From NCBI RefSeq assembly GCF_009914755.1, contig NC_060928.1: a stretch of 64,000 nt of DNA. One strand, 5' to 3'. The first letter of the stretch is position 1. Every line of letters starts with the position of its first letter. The stretch is from the human T2T-CHM13v2.0 reference genome, Homo sapiens. Below the pieces are notes generated by a model. It did not search any database, had not been told where the DNA came from, and saw only the letters and a list, made by a program, of their open reading frames with translations. The position numbers were made by a program, and so were the translations under genes. Positions 41,545 to 53,892 of the stretch are shown piece after piece.

Positions 41545-43020
41545 GTATTAGCAACACAAATTATAAAGATCTGAGAAATAAAGCTAGAAAAAATATAATG
41601 GATAAAGTGAAAACACTACAAGGACATACAAGAACAGCTAGACAAATGAAAAGATACACTGTGTTCTTGAATGGGAAAACTCAATATTTTAAAGATGGCC
41701 ATTGCTTCTTGATATGAAACTATAAATTTAATAAAATGCCATCCAAAATACCAGTTATTAATAAAATTTGACCATATAATCCTAAAGTGTCATAGTAACA
41801 TACTAGGAACAACCAAGTCAGTTTTGAAAAAGCAAGAGTATGTGCTTTATCAAATACCAAGATACATTATAAATCTATAATAATTTTATCAGCATAGGAT
41901 TGCTACAGTAACTAGAAACACCGATGGAAGAGAATAAAAATCTCAAAATGCACCACTGATCTAAGAATTGGGCAGCTGACAGAGGCACATTATTTATAAT
42001 GAAAGAAGAATACACAGTTCAATAAATGATGCTAGAACAATTGACCAATTGAAAATTGGTCAACTGAACAATAGAAAATGGTATGCAAACATCACACCAT
42101 GCAAAAAAATTAAGCCTAGAGAAGTCAAAGACCTAAACAGAAAAAGCAAAATTTTAAACACTCTTGAAGTACACATAGAAGAGTATAAGACTTTGGGATA
42201 GAGAATAAGTTACTAAAGAGTGAGAAAAAATACTGATAAAACTTTCTACATTAAAATTGCACTTTTTGAAAAAATCAAAAAGCAGCCAAAGTTAAAATAT
42301 AAGCCACAGATTGGGAAGTAAATTTTTATTATGTATAATAAACAAAAAATGAACATCCGGAACATATTATGCATTCCTATAATAAATAAGAAAAAATCCT
42401 ATAATAATGAGTGAAGCAATATTAGTCAATCAATGGATGAGCAAAAATTAATGTTCAATAAATATTTTAAATGATGCACAAATACGTTATTGAAAATGCA
42501 AGTTAAAACATTGGAATACGCACTAGACTGGTTACATTTTAAAAGTCTATTAGATGACACAGTATTATATTTTATATGTGCATGTGTGTATACACACAAG
42601 TACATATATTTAATCCCATGTATACATATACATTTACATAAATATGTTTAATACTATATATACATGTATATGCACAGATGCACACATGTATATATATTTA
42701 AGCCTATGTCACCTAATAAATTTTTAAAAATATACATAGAGATAATGGGCAACTTTGAAATACCTCTTAAGTCAAATATGTAAAAAATCTAACAGTTGCA
42801 ACTATATAGATAGTTATATAATTATATATTATGCCACATAATTATATTTGTGAAAAGGTATTTAAAAATTCATAGAAATAATTGTTTTAATAAAGAGATT
42901 GGAAGTGAAAACAAAAATGTATACATCTATTAAATCTACCTGAGATACTCATTAGTGTTTGTCATACTACACTCTGTATTTTACAATCTGTTTGAAATAT
43001 TTCATACATGAAAATATGTT
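41545..43020 (+). mobile_element. Ancient L1M ORF2/3' fragment, right part
   Basis: Collinear degenerate ORF2 motifs (ATGAAAAGATAC.C.TGTTCTTGAATGGGAA.ACTCAATATT; TTCAATAAATGATGCTAG); TA-rich simple repeat ~42560-42850. Confidence 0.75.
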
Positions 43021-44593
43021 CATTAAAATCATAATTACAAACCACTTTTAAGGAACTAAACAAACATTACATACCTTGGTTTGGCAAAAAAAGAGAAATG
43101 GCTGAAAAAATTAATGAATTATACAAGAGTGCCTATGTTAGTGGATACAATTTAGAAATAAATTAACATTTTTTATAAAAATGGACTTCAGATATCTTTT
43201 CCATAGCAAAGTCAAAAAATTTCCTAAGACATAAACATTTTTCCATATGTAATAATATGTATCTTGCAATCATGGTAGAAATGTGGTCATGCTTGGTTGA
43301 ATTTAGGGCAGCCAAGAACATATTCTAAACTGAATTTTTCAAGACCTGGAAAAGGCTTTGACAATCTCTAGCAATGCTACATCTTTGTGACTGAGATAGT
43401 ACTGCCTCCCCAACAATGTAGTTGGCTCAGATTTTACCTCCTTTCTCCTTTTAAAACCCAGCCTTCCTTTATTATTAGGCAAGCCGATAAGCCTGCTTTG
43501 TGTATTTGCATGGCTGATGTAGATTGTAATCACTGTCTGTCAAACAATCTATGACAACTTATTAACATAGACACCAGGAAATTAATTGCCATGTCTAATT
43601 CTGGAAATGGCCTTTAAGTAATTCGGTCAATACTTTCCACTTATGATACAATTAATTGCTTGAAAACTGATTAATGAGAAGATACTGCAGGTAGTAATTA
43701 AAATCAAAGCAAAAACTTTCAAGTCCTATGAAAATTATGTAGGTACATGGAAGAAAATCCTGGTAAGAAGCCAACAGAAACTACACGTATTTTAAAAACT
43801 TAGCAGTTATTGAGCTGGCTCAGTATTCTGGTTTCTATATACCAATTAAAGAAATATTCAGTGATGGTGACTAGGTTCTGTAAATTATGTCATGGCTGAA
43901 TAATTAATATATTTTATTTGATTCTGTCTAATTCAAAGTTAGATACCAATTAATCCATAACAACAGTAAAATTTGTAAGGAGCTACAAATCATTAATTGT
44001 CTTTGGAAATAAGCCACAGTTGGACATTAATTATTCTAAGTTATCCTTTACTGCCAAACTTGGAGGATGACTCTTGCACTAGTTAATTTAATTGATCAAA
44101 GACAATTAAATTATTGACTCAGTAATTAAGCTGGTCAAAATATTAATTACTATCAGATGCTCATCCTATTAACTTATAATACATAGTCTCATACTTGGGC
44201 TGACTTTAGGAATATTAACTAACAAGTATGACCATGGTTAGCAATAGCGTATATGGAATTTCTACATTTAAGGGGCTTGGGGGATTCAATCCCTTTCCAA
44301 ATAGGGACTAGGGAATTTGTCTTAAAGCTTTATTTCTATAAGAAGCACATACTGTTTTTACAAGGATGGTATGATTACTGAAGTGGCTTGATAGAAGCTG
44401 ATGGAAATTTCTAAGGAGCTTAATCATTCCCACTCCTTCCTCCCATCTCCCCACACCTGTCTTTGATTCCATCAAATCACATTCATGATAATGTTTTTGT
44501 GTTAGAGATGATAATATATTTATTCACAATATATGCTTTATTTTTTGAGTTGTTAAAGATATCCAAAAATATTTGTAGTATTATTTGGTAATA

Positions 44594-45023
44594 CCATGAA
44601 CCCTTGAACAATATGAGGGTTAGAGGAACTGATTACTGTGCAGTCAAAATTTCACATATAACTTTTACTCCCCCAAAACTTAACAACTAGTAGCTTACTG
44701 TTGACCAGAGGCCTTACTAATAACATAAACAGCCAATTAACACGTATCTTGTATACGTATTGTATGCTGTATTCTTACAATAAAGTTAGAGAAAAGAAAA
44801 TGTTATTAAGAAAATCACAAGGAAGAGAAAATATATTTACTATTCGTTATGTGGAGATGGATCATCATAAAGGTCTTCCTTGTCATCTTTACTTTGAGTA
44901 GGCTGAGGAAAAGGAGGAAGATGAAGGGTTGGTCTTGCTGCCTCAGCGGTGGCAGAGATGGAAGAAAATCTGCATACAAGCAGATTCGTGTGGCTCAAAC
45001 CCATGTTGTTCAAGAGTCAACTG
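44594..45023 (+). mobile_element. Tigger2a-like TcMar DNA transposon
   Basis: Terminal inverted repeats (..GAACCCTTGAACAA / TTGTTCAAGAGTCAACTG), TA at 44592, internal CTTTT.ACTCCCCCAAAACTTAAC; ~430 bp. Confidence 0.85.
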
Positions 45024-45359
45024 CATTTCCATTAGAAATTGGAGCAAGGCAGGCTGAAAATGATGGAATACAGTTGAATTGGTGTGGAGGAGGGGAGGTG
45101 GCAAGAGAATGGGAATTCAGCGGAATTAGCAAGACAGTCTTAGGTGAGAAAAGACTAGCCAGCCAACTTTATGATATGCTTTGAGGACTCACTGAAAGAT
45201 TCTCCAACCTGAAAATTCTCTTTTCATTGACCATTTATATAGAGTGCACCACAGCTAAAAATATTAATAAAGTATTCTTAGGAAACAAAAGAGTCCTTTT
45301 TAGCATTAGAACCTTTGAATATAATTTTAATCTAATCCTTTATTAAAACCATTAAAATC

Positions 45360-45690
45360 TGTATTAGTTATTCATATTGTATAAGAAATTACTTCTAACT
45401 TAGTGGATTAAATACCAAACATTTATTACTCGCAATTCCTGTGAGTTAGGAATTCAGGAGCGGCTTTGCTGGGTGATTCTTCTGAGGAATTCTCATGAGG
45501 TTGTAGTTGAGAGTTCAGCTGGGGCTGCAGTGAATGAAGGTTTGACCTGGCCTGGAACATCCACTTCTGTGTGGGCTGACCACATGGTTGCTGGCAGAAA
45601 GTCTCTGTATCTTTCCATATAAGCCTCTTCATAGAGCTTCATAGAGCAGTTGGATTCCCTCGCAGAGAAAAATCTTAGGGAAGACTACAG
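45360..45690 (-). mobile_element. MLT1 LTR fragment
   Basis: TGTATTAGTT..AAATTAC...AACTTAGTGG.TTAAA..CATTTATTA; GGTTGCTGGCAG. Confidence 0.75.
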
Positions 45691-46279
45691 CACAAGTAAA
45701 TTTTGAAGAAAAAAAAAGAAAAAGAAGCACATAGACTTAAAAGATTATTTTTCAAATTTTTGTCATTGGCACCACACTGTCACTCAAGACGTTAATAGAC
45801 ATTTGCCAAGAAAAAAAAAAATCTGAGCTCAAATAAGTTTGGAAAAAAAGTATGTTTAATCAATTGCAAACAACTTTTTAAAACTAATTCTCATATACAT
45901 TATGATTTAATAAAACAGGAATATATTTTAGAGTTATTTTTCCCTGACCTACATTATTCTAGCTGTTTACAAATCTTCAGGGTTCTTTTGATAAAATGCA
46001 ATGATTAGAGGCAAGTGCGAGATACACATTCCTTCTTACTGCCTTAATGCCAAAAGAAATACTGCAAGTAAATCACATTTCAGACAACATTCTGCCAAAC
46101 ATACAGGTATTTATTTGCAAGCTGACCCAAAGAGGCATGATTGCTTTAGCAATTATAAAATCAGATCTGTCAACAGAAAACTTTATGAAGTAGGGTGACA
46201 AAGAACTAAAGCTCCCAGCTTTAAAATCTCCTCTAGAGATTTTATCCAAGCTAGTTGAGCTTGGAAGAGTCTTACATAT

Positions 46280-46740
46280 TAAGGGAGGAGACCACCCCTC
46301 ATATTGTCTTATGCCCAATTTCTGCCTCCAGAGAAAGAAAAAGTAAAAACTAAAAGGCAGAAATGAAATACACAAGCAGACAGCCCGGCGCCACACTCTG
46401 GGCCTGGTAGTTAAAGATCAACCCCGGACCTAATCGGTTATGTTATCTATAGATTACAGACATTGTATAGAAAAGCACTGTGAAAATCCCTATCCTGTTT
46501 GTTCCGATCTAATTATGGGTGCATGCAGCCCCCAGTCACCTACCCGCTGCTTGCTCAATCGATCATGACCCTCTCATATACACCCCCTTAGAGTTGTGAG
46601 CCCTTAAAAGGGACAGGAATTGCTCACTCGGGGAGCTCGGCTCTTGAGACAGGAGTCTTGCTGATGCCCCCGGCTGAATAAACCCCTTCCTTCTTTAACT
46701 CGGTGTCTGAGGAGTTTTGTCTGTGGCTGGTCCTGCTACA
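46280..46740 (+). mobile_element. 5' LTR (LTR2 family)
   Basis: TAAGGGAGGAGACC..TCCTGCTACA, AATAAA at ~46677; direct repeat of 53431-53892. Confidence 0.95.
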
Positions 46741-46745
46741 TTTCT

Positions 46746-46763
46746 TGGTTCCCTGACCGGGAA
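46746..46763 (+). promoter_or_regulatory. Primer binding site, tRNA-Glu
   Basis: TGGTTCCCTGACCGGGAA, complement of the tRNA-Glu 3' end, just after the 5' LTR. Confidence 0.92.
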
Positions 46764-47038
46764 GTGAGGTGATTGGCAGATGGTGGAGGCAGCTCCTTGG
46801 GCAGCTTAAGTCTGCCCTGTGGAACATCCCTGCGGGGGACTCTGACTAGCCCCTAGTGACGCGGATCCTGAGAGCGCTCCCAGGTAGGCATTTGCTCTGG
46901 TGGGACGCCTCGCCACAGCAGTGTGTGGCAGGCCCCCATGGTGGATCAACACAGTGGCTGAACACCGGTAAGGAATGGGCACTTGGAATCTGAACATCTA
47001 AAACTTGGTAAGACTAGTCTTTGAAACTTGCCCACTCC

Positions 47039-47555
<517 letters not shown>

Positions 47556-47737
47556 TCACTTGGATTGCTTGTACTTTGGTTTTGGTTTTGACCTGGCTTG
47601 GATTTCTGGATACTCTGATTTTGGTTTTGATTTTGGTTTGGTACAAACTGCAAAAGTGTGTGTGTGTGCCCTTTTTACCCATTCTTTGTTTTGTGGTGTG
47701 CGTGTGGTGTGAGCGTGGTGTTTTGTCTCAAAGAAGC

Positions 47738-48020
47738 ATAGGTCAGGCACAAATAAGCCCACCCCAGTAGGAATTATGTTGAAAAATTTCAAAAAAGAAT
47801 TTAAAGGAGACTATGGAGTACTATGACACCAGGAAAACTTAAAACTTTGTGTAAGATAGACTGGCCAGGATTAAAGGTAGGTTGGCCATTAGAAGGAAGC
47901 CTGGACAAGTCCCTTGTTTCAAAGGTATGGCACAAGGTAACCTGTAAGCCAGGGAACCCAGACCAGTTCCTGTACATAGACACTTGGTTACAGCTGGTTT
48001 TAGACCCTCTGCTCCCAACA
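47738..48020 (+). pseudogene. gag: HERV-E-like gag matrix remnant (start ATG decayed to ATA)
   Basis: GQAQ..PTP.G.MLKNFKKEFKGDYGV; MTPGKLKTLCKIDWP.LKVGWPLEGSLD..HPD-like NPDQFLYIDTWLQLV. Confidence 0.85.
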
Positions 48021-49401
48021 CACAGTGGTTGAGAGAACAGCAGCATAAGCAGCTGGCAGAGGAAAGGAAAGACCAGCAGAGAGAGAGAAAGGAAAGAGAC
48101 AGAGAGGAAAAGAGGCAAAGAGAGAGAGGAAGAGACAGAGAAGAGACACACGAAGAGGGAGTCAAGGAGAGAGAGGCAGAGAGAGAGAAGAAGAGACAGG
48201 CAAAAGGAAAGTCAAAGAGAGAGAGACAAAATCAAAGAGAGAAAGAAAGAGAAAGAGAGAGATATACAAGTAGTTAAGAAAAAAAAAGTGTACCCTATTC
48301 CTTTAAAAACCAAGGTAAATTTAAAACCTGTAATTGATAATTGAAGGTATTCTTTGTAACCCTATAACACTCCAATGCCACTTTGTTGTCAGGTAAACAA
48401 GGGCATATCCTGAAAGCACTGAGGCCTTCCTATCAAAAATTCTTAACCCAGTAACCCATGGATGGCCCAAATGCATTCAATCTGTAGCAGCAACTGCTTT
48501 ACTAACAAAAAACAAAAAAGTAAAAAAAATAACTTTTAGAGGAAACCTCATGGTGAGCACACCTCACCAGTTCAGAAGTATGCTAAGGGAAAGAAAAAAA
48601 AAACAGTTTATGTGCAAGGTGTATAAGAAAAGTAAAATATACCTCTAGTAAAGGATTATAAGGAGGCATAAGAATGTACATTTTTACCTACATTAAAAAG
48701 TTAAAAAAGTTATTGTTTTGAAGGTTTAAGCAAGTTTTAAAATGTTGATTGTAAAGAAAATTCTGTGTGTAAACATATTAGCTAAAGTTAAAGAAGTATC
48801 ATCCAGTTTTTCTGTGAACTGGACACTAAAGTAAAAGCATACAGGTTTTTCTTAAAGCACCAACCTGCTCTTTAGCAAAAATTATAAAAGGTTAAAAAGA
48901 GTTTATAAAATCTTACCTTATGGTTAAACATTAAAAATTAGATAAATATGTCTACAAGGTTTTATTAAAATTAAGCTTAAAATTAATAACATACTAATAT
49001 AAAGATAAAATTTAGCTTATCTTGTGTAAAAATCATACTAGAAGTATTTTTAAACGTAAAATGTTATTTGGCTTTCTTTGGTTTAAAAACTAATAAAAGT
49101 AGGTGCTAAAGGGAATTTCTTAGTAAAAAGGCACTAAGGACTATAAAGTCCACTGCCGAAGTCCCCATATTTAAAACAAAAGGTCAATTTCTTAAAAATT
49201 GTATACTTGGTTTATCTTCCATTTTCCTTTCTCTCAAAAACTAGAAGTCTTTTAGCACATGTACCACCCTAGAATTTCTGGTAAACCAGCACCAGCCTGA
49301 AGATCACGTTGTCATCAAAGGGTGGAAAGAAGAAAAACTCAAGCCAGCCAGGGAAGGACCCTACCTTGGTGGTGCTGCTAACCACCAAGACTGCTGTTCC
49401 T

Positions 49402-49439
<38 letters not shown>

Positions 49440-49509
49440 GGACTCATCACACCCGAGTCAAGAAAGAAAGCACCACCCCCTCCAGAGTCATGGGTCATAG
49501 TCCCAGGGG

Positions 49510-50727
49510 AAAACCCTACCAAACTAAAACTAAGAAAAATTTAACTCTTTTCATCTGTTCTGTTACTCTTTCTTCTTTCCCCGTTCTATTGCTGACCATC
49601 TAGTAATTAACATAACCAAGTCAATTTTGCCTCAAACTATTGCATTTAATGCTTGCCTTGTTATACCCTGTGAGGACTTGCCAAGTCCAAGGCAGCTTTC
49701 TACTTCAGAAAAGTACTTCTGTCCCTCCTGCCTCTCCTCAGACTGGGTATTAGTAAACTGGGACCATTTAATCCAGAGAGATTTCGATAAAGACCCCAGT
49801 GCCAACCAGGAGTCTTGCCGCCCCGATGTAGAGCTTTCATGCCATAGTTGGTCCAACGTTCTGTGGACCACTGAAGAGCAAGGATGGACTGCCCCAACCA
49901 GTTTTTGTAATTTCCTAAAATCATACCTTCATTTTACTAGAGGATCATACAAGTTAAAGACTTAAAACAAACTTTAGCAATTAAGACAGGATACCAAGAT
50001 GCAAATGCCTGGTTAAAATGGATCAAATATTCCATCTGCATGTTAAACAAAAGCAATTGCTATGCTTGTGTACATGGCAGTCCAGAGGCCCAAATTGTCC
50101 CCTTTCCACTAAAGTGGTCCTCCAGTCGACCATGTGTGGGCTGCATGGTAGCTCTTTTCCAGGATTCTACAGCCTGGAGTAATAAGTTGTACCAAGCTCT
50201 CTCTGCTATGTCCCACAGTCTGGCACCATGCGGGTCAGCCCCTGAGGGCCATCCAGCCTCCGTCTCCCATCACAAAGTTCACTTCGTGTCTTTTGACAGG
50301 GAGGAAACTTAGCATTCCTTGGAGACCTGAAAGGATGCAGTGAGCTTAAGAATTTTCAAGAGCTTATCAATCAGTCAGCCCTTGTTCATCTCTGAGCAGA
50401 TGTATGGTGGTATTGTGGTGGACCTTTACTGGGCACTATGCCGAATAACTGCAGTGGCACTTGTACTTTAGTCCAATTGGCTATCCCTTTCACCCTGGCA
50501 TTTCATCAACTGGAAGGAAAAAAATAAGACATCGTAAAGTGAGAGAAGCCCCTTATGGGTCTTTCAACTCTCATGTCTATTTAGATGCAAATTAGAGTCC
50601 CACGGGGAATACCAGATCAATTTAAAGCATGAAATCAAATAGCTGCAGGATTTGAGTCAATATTTTGGTGGGTGACAGTTAATAAAAATGTAGTTTAGAT
50701 AAACTACATCTATTACAACCAACAGCA
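49510..50727 (+). pseudogene. env: First env remnant (HERV-I/IP10-like SU and start of TM), preceded by integrase C-terminus ~49300-49545
   Basis: NAWLKWIKYS..LNKSNCYAC..PEAQIVPFPL; WWYCGG; VQLAIPFTL; VPRGIPDQFKA.NQIAAGFESIFWWVTVNKNV..INYIYYNQQ. Confidence 0.8.
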
Positions 50728-51290
50728 ATGAGCTTTTCATGAGTTAAAAGAAAAACTCATGTCAGCCCCAGCCCTGAGGCTACCTGACCTGACATAACTC
50801 TTTACACTCTATGTGTCAGAAAGAGAAAAAATGGCAGTTGGAGTTTTAACCCAGACTGTGGGGCCCTGGCCAAGGCCAGTGGCTTATCTCTCAAAAGAAC
50901 TGGACGGGGTTTCCAAAGGCTGTCCCCCATGTCTAAGGGCTCTGGCAGCAATGGCCCTGTTAGCATAAGAAGCAGATAAACTAACCCTTAGGCAAAACCT
51001 GAATATAAAGGCCCCCCATGCTGTGGTAACGTTAATGACTACCAAAGGACATCATTGGTTAACAAATGCTAGATTAACCAAGTACCAAAGCTTGCTATGT
51101 GAAAATCCCCACATAACCATTGAAGTTTGCAACACCCTAAACCCCACCACCTTGTTCCCGGTATCAGAGAGCCCAGTTGAGCATAACTGTGTAGAGGTGT
51201 TGGACTCAGTTTATTCTAGCAGGCCCAACCTCCAAGACCATCCTTAAACATCAGTAGACTGAGCAGTACGTGAACGGGAGCAGCTTTGCC
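50720..51290 (+). pseudogene. pol: pol remnant (RT connection to RNase H start)
   Basis: [41 protein letters not shown]; HWLTNARLTKYQSLLCENP..LNPTTL..HNCVEVLDSVYSSRPNL. Confidence 0.88.
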
Positions 51291-51479
51291 AACCCTTGCA
51301 AAGTGACTTTGAAGAAGACGACAAGTCCTGTTCCAGTCACACCTGGAACCTGACTGGTCCATGCATGGCTGAAGCATGAGAAAACTCATTGTGGGACTTA
51401 TTTTCCTTAAAATTTGGATTTTTACAATAAGGACTTCAACTGACCTTCCTCAGACAGTACTGTTCCCAGTGTATACATC

Positions 51480-53407
51480 CAGTCACTGAGGTAGGACAAA
51501 AGGTTGTTCTGGTCCTATTATTTTATGGTTATTATAAGTGTACTGGAACTCTAAAAAGAACTTGTTTGTATGTTATTCTATACAAGGTATGTAGCCCAGG
51601 AAATGACCAAACTGATGTGTGTTATGACCCATCTGAGCCTCCCATGACCACAGTTTTTAAAATAAGATTAAGGACTGAGGACTGGTGAGGGCTCATAAAT
51701 GATACGAGTTAAGTGTTAGCCAAAACAGAAGAAAAAGAGGTGCCCAAACAAGTCACCTTAAAATTTGATGCATGTTAATTAGAAAAGAGGCTATATGGCA
51801 GAAAATAAGTACATCTGTCATAAATTAGGACTGTGTGGAAATAAATGTAAATACTGGTCTTGTGTCATTTAGGCCACTTGGATAAAACAAAAAAGTGAAA
51901 AGGATCCAGTCCACCTTCAGAAAGGAAAAAATGGCCCCTCCTGTACCAAAGGACAATGTAACCCCTTAGAGCTAGTAATAACCAATCCCCTTGATCCTTG
52001 CTGGAAAAAAGAGGAGCGTGTGACCTTAGGAATTGATGGGGCTGGACTGGATCCTCAAGTACATATCTTAGTTCGAGGAGAAGTTTACAAACACTCTCCT
52101 GAGCCAGTGTTTCAAACTTTCTGTGATGAACTAAATGTGCCAGTACCAGAAATTCCAGGAAAAACAAGAAATTTGTTTTTGCAATTAGCCTGGCATGTAG
52201 CCCAGTGTCTCAATGTCACTTCATGTTATGTATGTGGAAGAACTATAATAGGAGATCAATGGCCACAGGAAGCCCAAGAATTAGTACCTACAGACCCAGT
52301 TCCTGATGAATTCCTGGCTCAAAAGAATCACCCTGATAATTTCTGGGTCCTAAAACCCTCAATTATTGGACAATATTGCATAGCTAGAGAAGGAAAAGAA
52401 TTCACTCACCCCATAGGATGACTTAGTTGTCTAAGACAGAAACGTACAATGGCAGCACAAAAACAGTCACTTCAAATCTGTGTGATTTGAAGTTCAAATC
52501 ACACTGAGAGAAATCCATTTAGTAAATTTGCAAAGTTGCAAACTGTGTGGACCCATCTAGAGTCCCACCGGGACTGGACAGCCCCCACTGGATTATACTG
52601 GATATGTAGGCATAGAGCTTACACCAAATTACCTGACCAGTAGGCAGGTAGTTGTGTTATTGGCACTATTAAACCATCTTTCTTCCTACTGCCCATAAAA
52701 ACAGGTGAACTCCTAGGCTTCCCTGTCTATGCTTCCTGCAAAAAGAGAAGCATAGCTATAGGAAATTGAAAAAATGATAAATAGCCCCCTGAGAGAAACA
52801 TACAATATTATAGGCCTGATACTTAAGCACAAGATAGCTCGTGGGGAACCGGACCCCCATTTACATGACCAACTGAATCATATGGTTACAAGCTGTCTTA
52901 AAAATAATCACTAATAAAACCACCAGAGCCTTGACTATTCTGGCCTGGCAAGAAACTCAGATGAGAAATACTATCTATCAAAATGGATTAGCTCTTGACT
53001 ACTTGCTAGCAGCTGAAGGAGAGGTCTGTAGGAAATTTAACCTTACTAATTGCTGCCTACACATAGATAATAAAGGGCAAGTGGTTGAAGACATAGTTAG
53101 AAATATGACAAAACTGGCACATGTGCCCATGCAAGTATGGCATGGATTTGATCCTGGGGCCATGTTTAGAAAATGGTTCCCAGCACTAGGAGGATTTAAA
53201 ACTCTTATAATAAGAGTTATAATAGTAATAGGAAGCTGCTTACTGCTCCCTTGTTTGCTACCTGTACTTCCTCAAATGATAAAAAGCTTCATCGCTACCT
53301 TAGTTCACCAAAATGCTTCAGCACAAGTGTACTATATGAATCACTATCGATCTATCTTGCAAGAAGACATAGGTAGTAAAAATGAAAGTGAGAACTCCCA
53401 CTATTGA
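51480..53407 (+). pseudogene. env: Second env remnant (HERV-E/ERV3-like), SU disrupted, TM C-terminal 158 codons open
   Basis: NLFLQLA..VAQ.LNVTSCYVCG; furin-like KKRS ~52740; ISD-like [19 protein letters not shown]6CC, hydrophobic anchor in ORF 52931-53407. Confidence 0.9.
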
Positions 53408-53430
53408 GTGAGAGTCTCAAAGGCGGGGAA

Positions 53431-53892
53431 TAAGGGAGGAGACCCCCCCTCATATTGTCTTATGCCCAATTTCTGCCTCCAAAGAAAGAAAAAGTAAAAA
53501 CTAAAAAGCAAAAATGAAGTACACAAGCAGACAGCCCGGGGCCACACCCTGGGCCTGGTAGTTAAAGATCGACCCCTGATCTAATCGGTTATGTTATCTA
53601 TAGACTACAGACATTGTATAGAAAAGCACTGTGAAAATCCCTATCCTGTTTTGTTCCGATCTAATTACCGGTGCATGCAGCCCCCAGTCACATACCTCCT
53701 GCTTGCTGAATCGATCACGACCCTCTCACGTGCACCCCCTTAGAGTGGTGAGCCCTTAAAAGGGACAGGAATTGCTCACTCAGGGAGCTCGGCTCTTGAG
53801 ACAGGAGTCTTGCTGATGCCCCCGGCTGAATAAACCCCTTCCTTCTTTAACTCGGTGTCTGAGGAGTTTTGTCTGCAGCTCGTCCTGCTACA
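53431..53892 (+). mobile_element. 3' LTR (LTR2 family)
   Basis: Direct repeat of 46280-46740; about 27 differences by eye. Confidence 0.95.

Noticed and set aside
46746-46763. tRNA-like sequence here and at 34592
   Set aside because: Only 18-nt primer binding sites, no cloverleaf
47984-48277. R/E/K-rich 97-aa ORF
   Set aside because: Product of the AG-rich low-complexity tract in the Harlequin internal region
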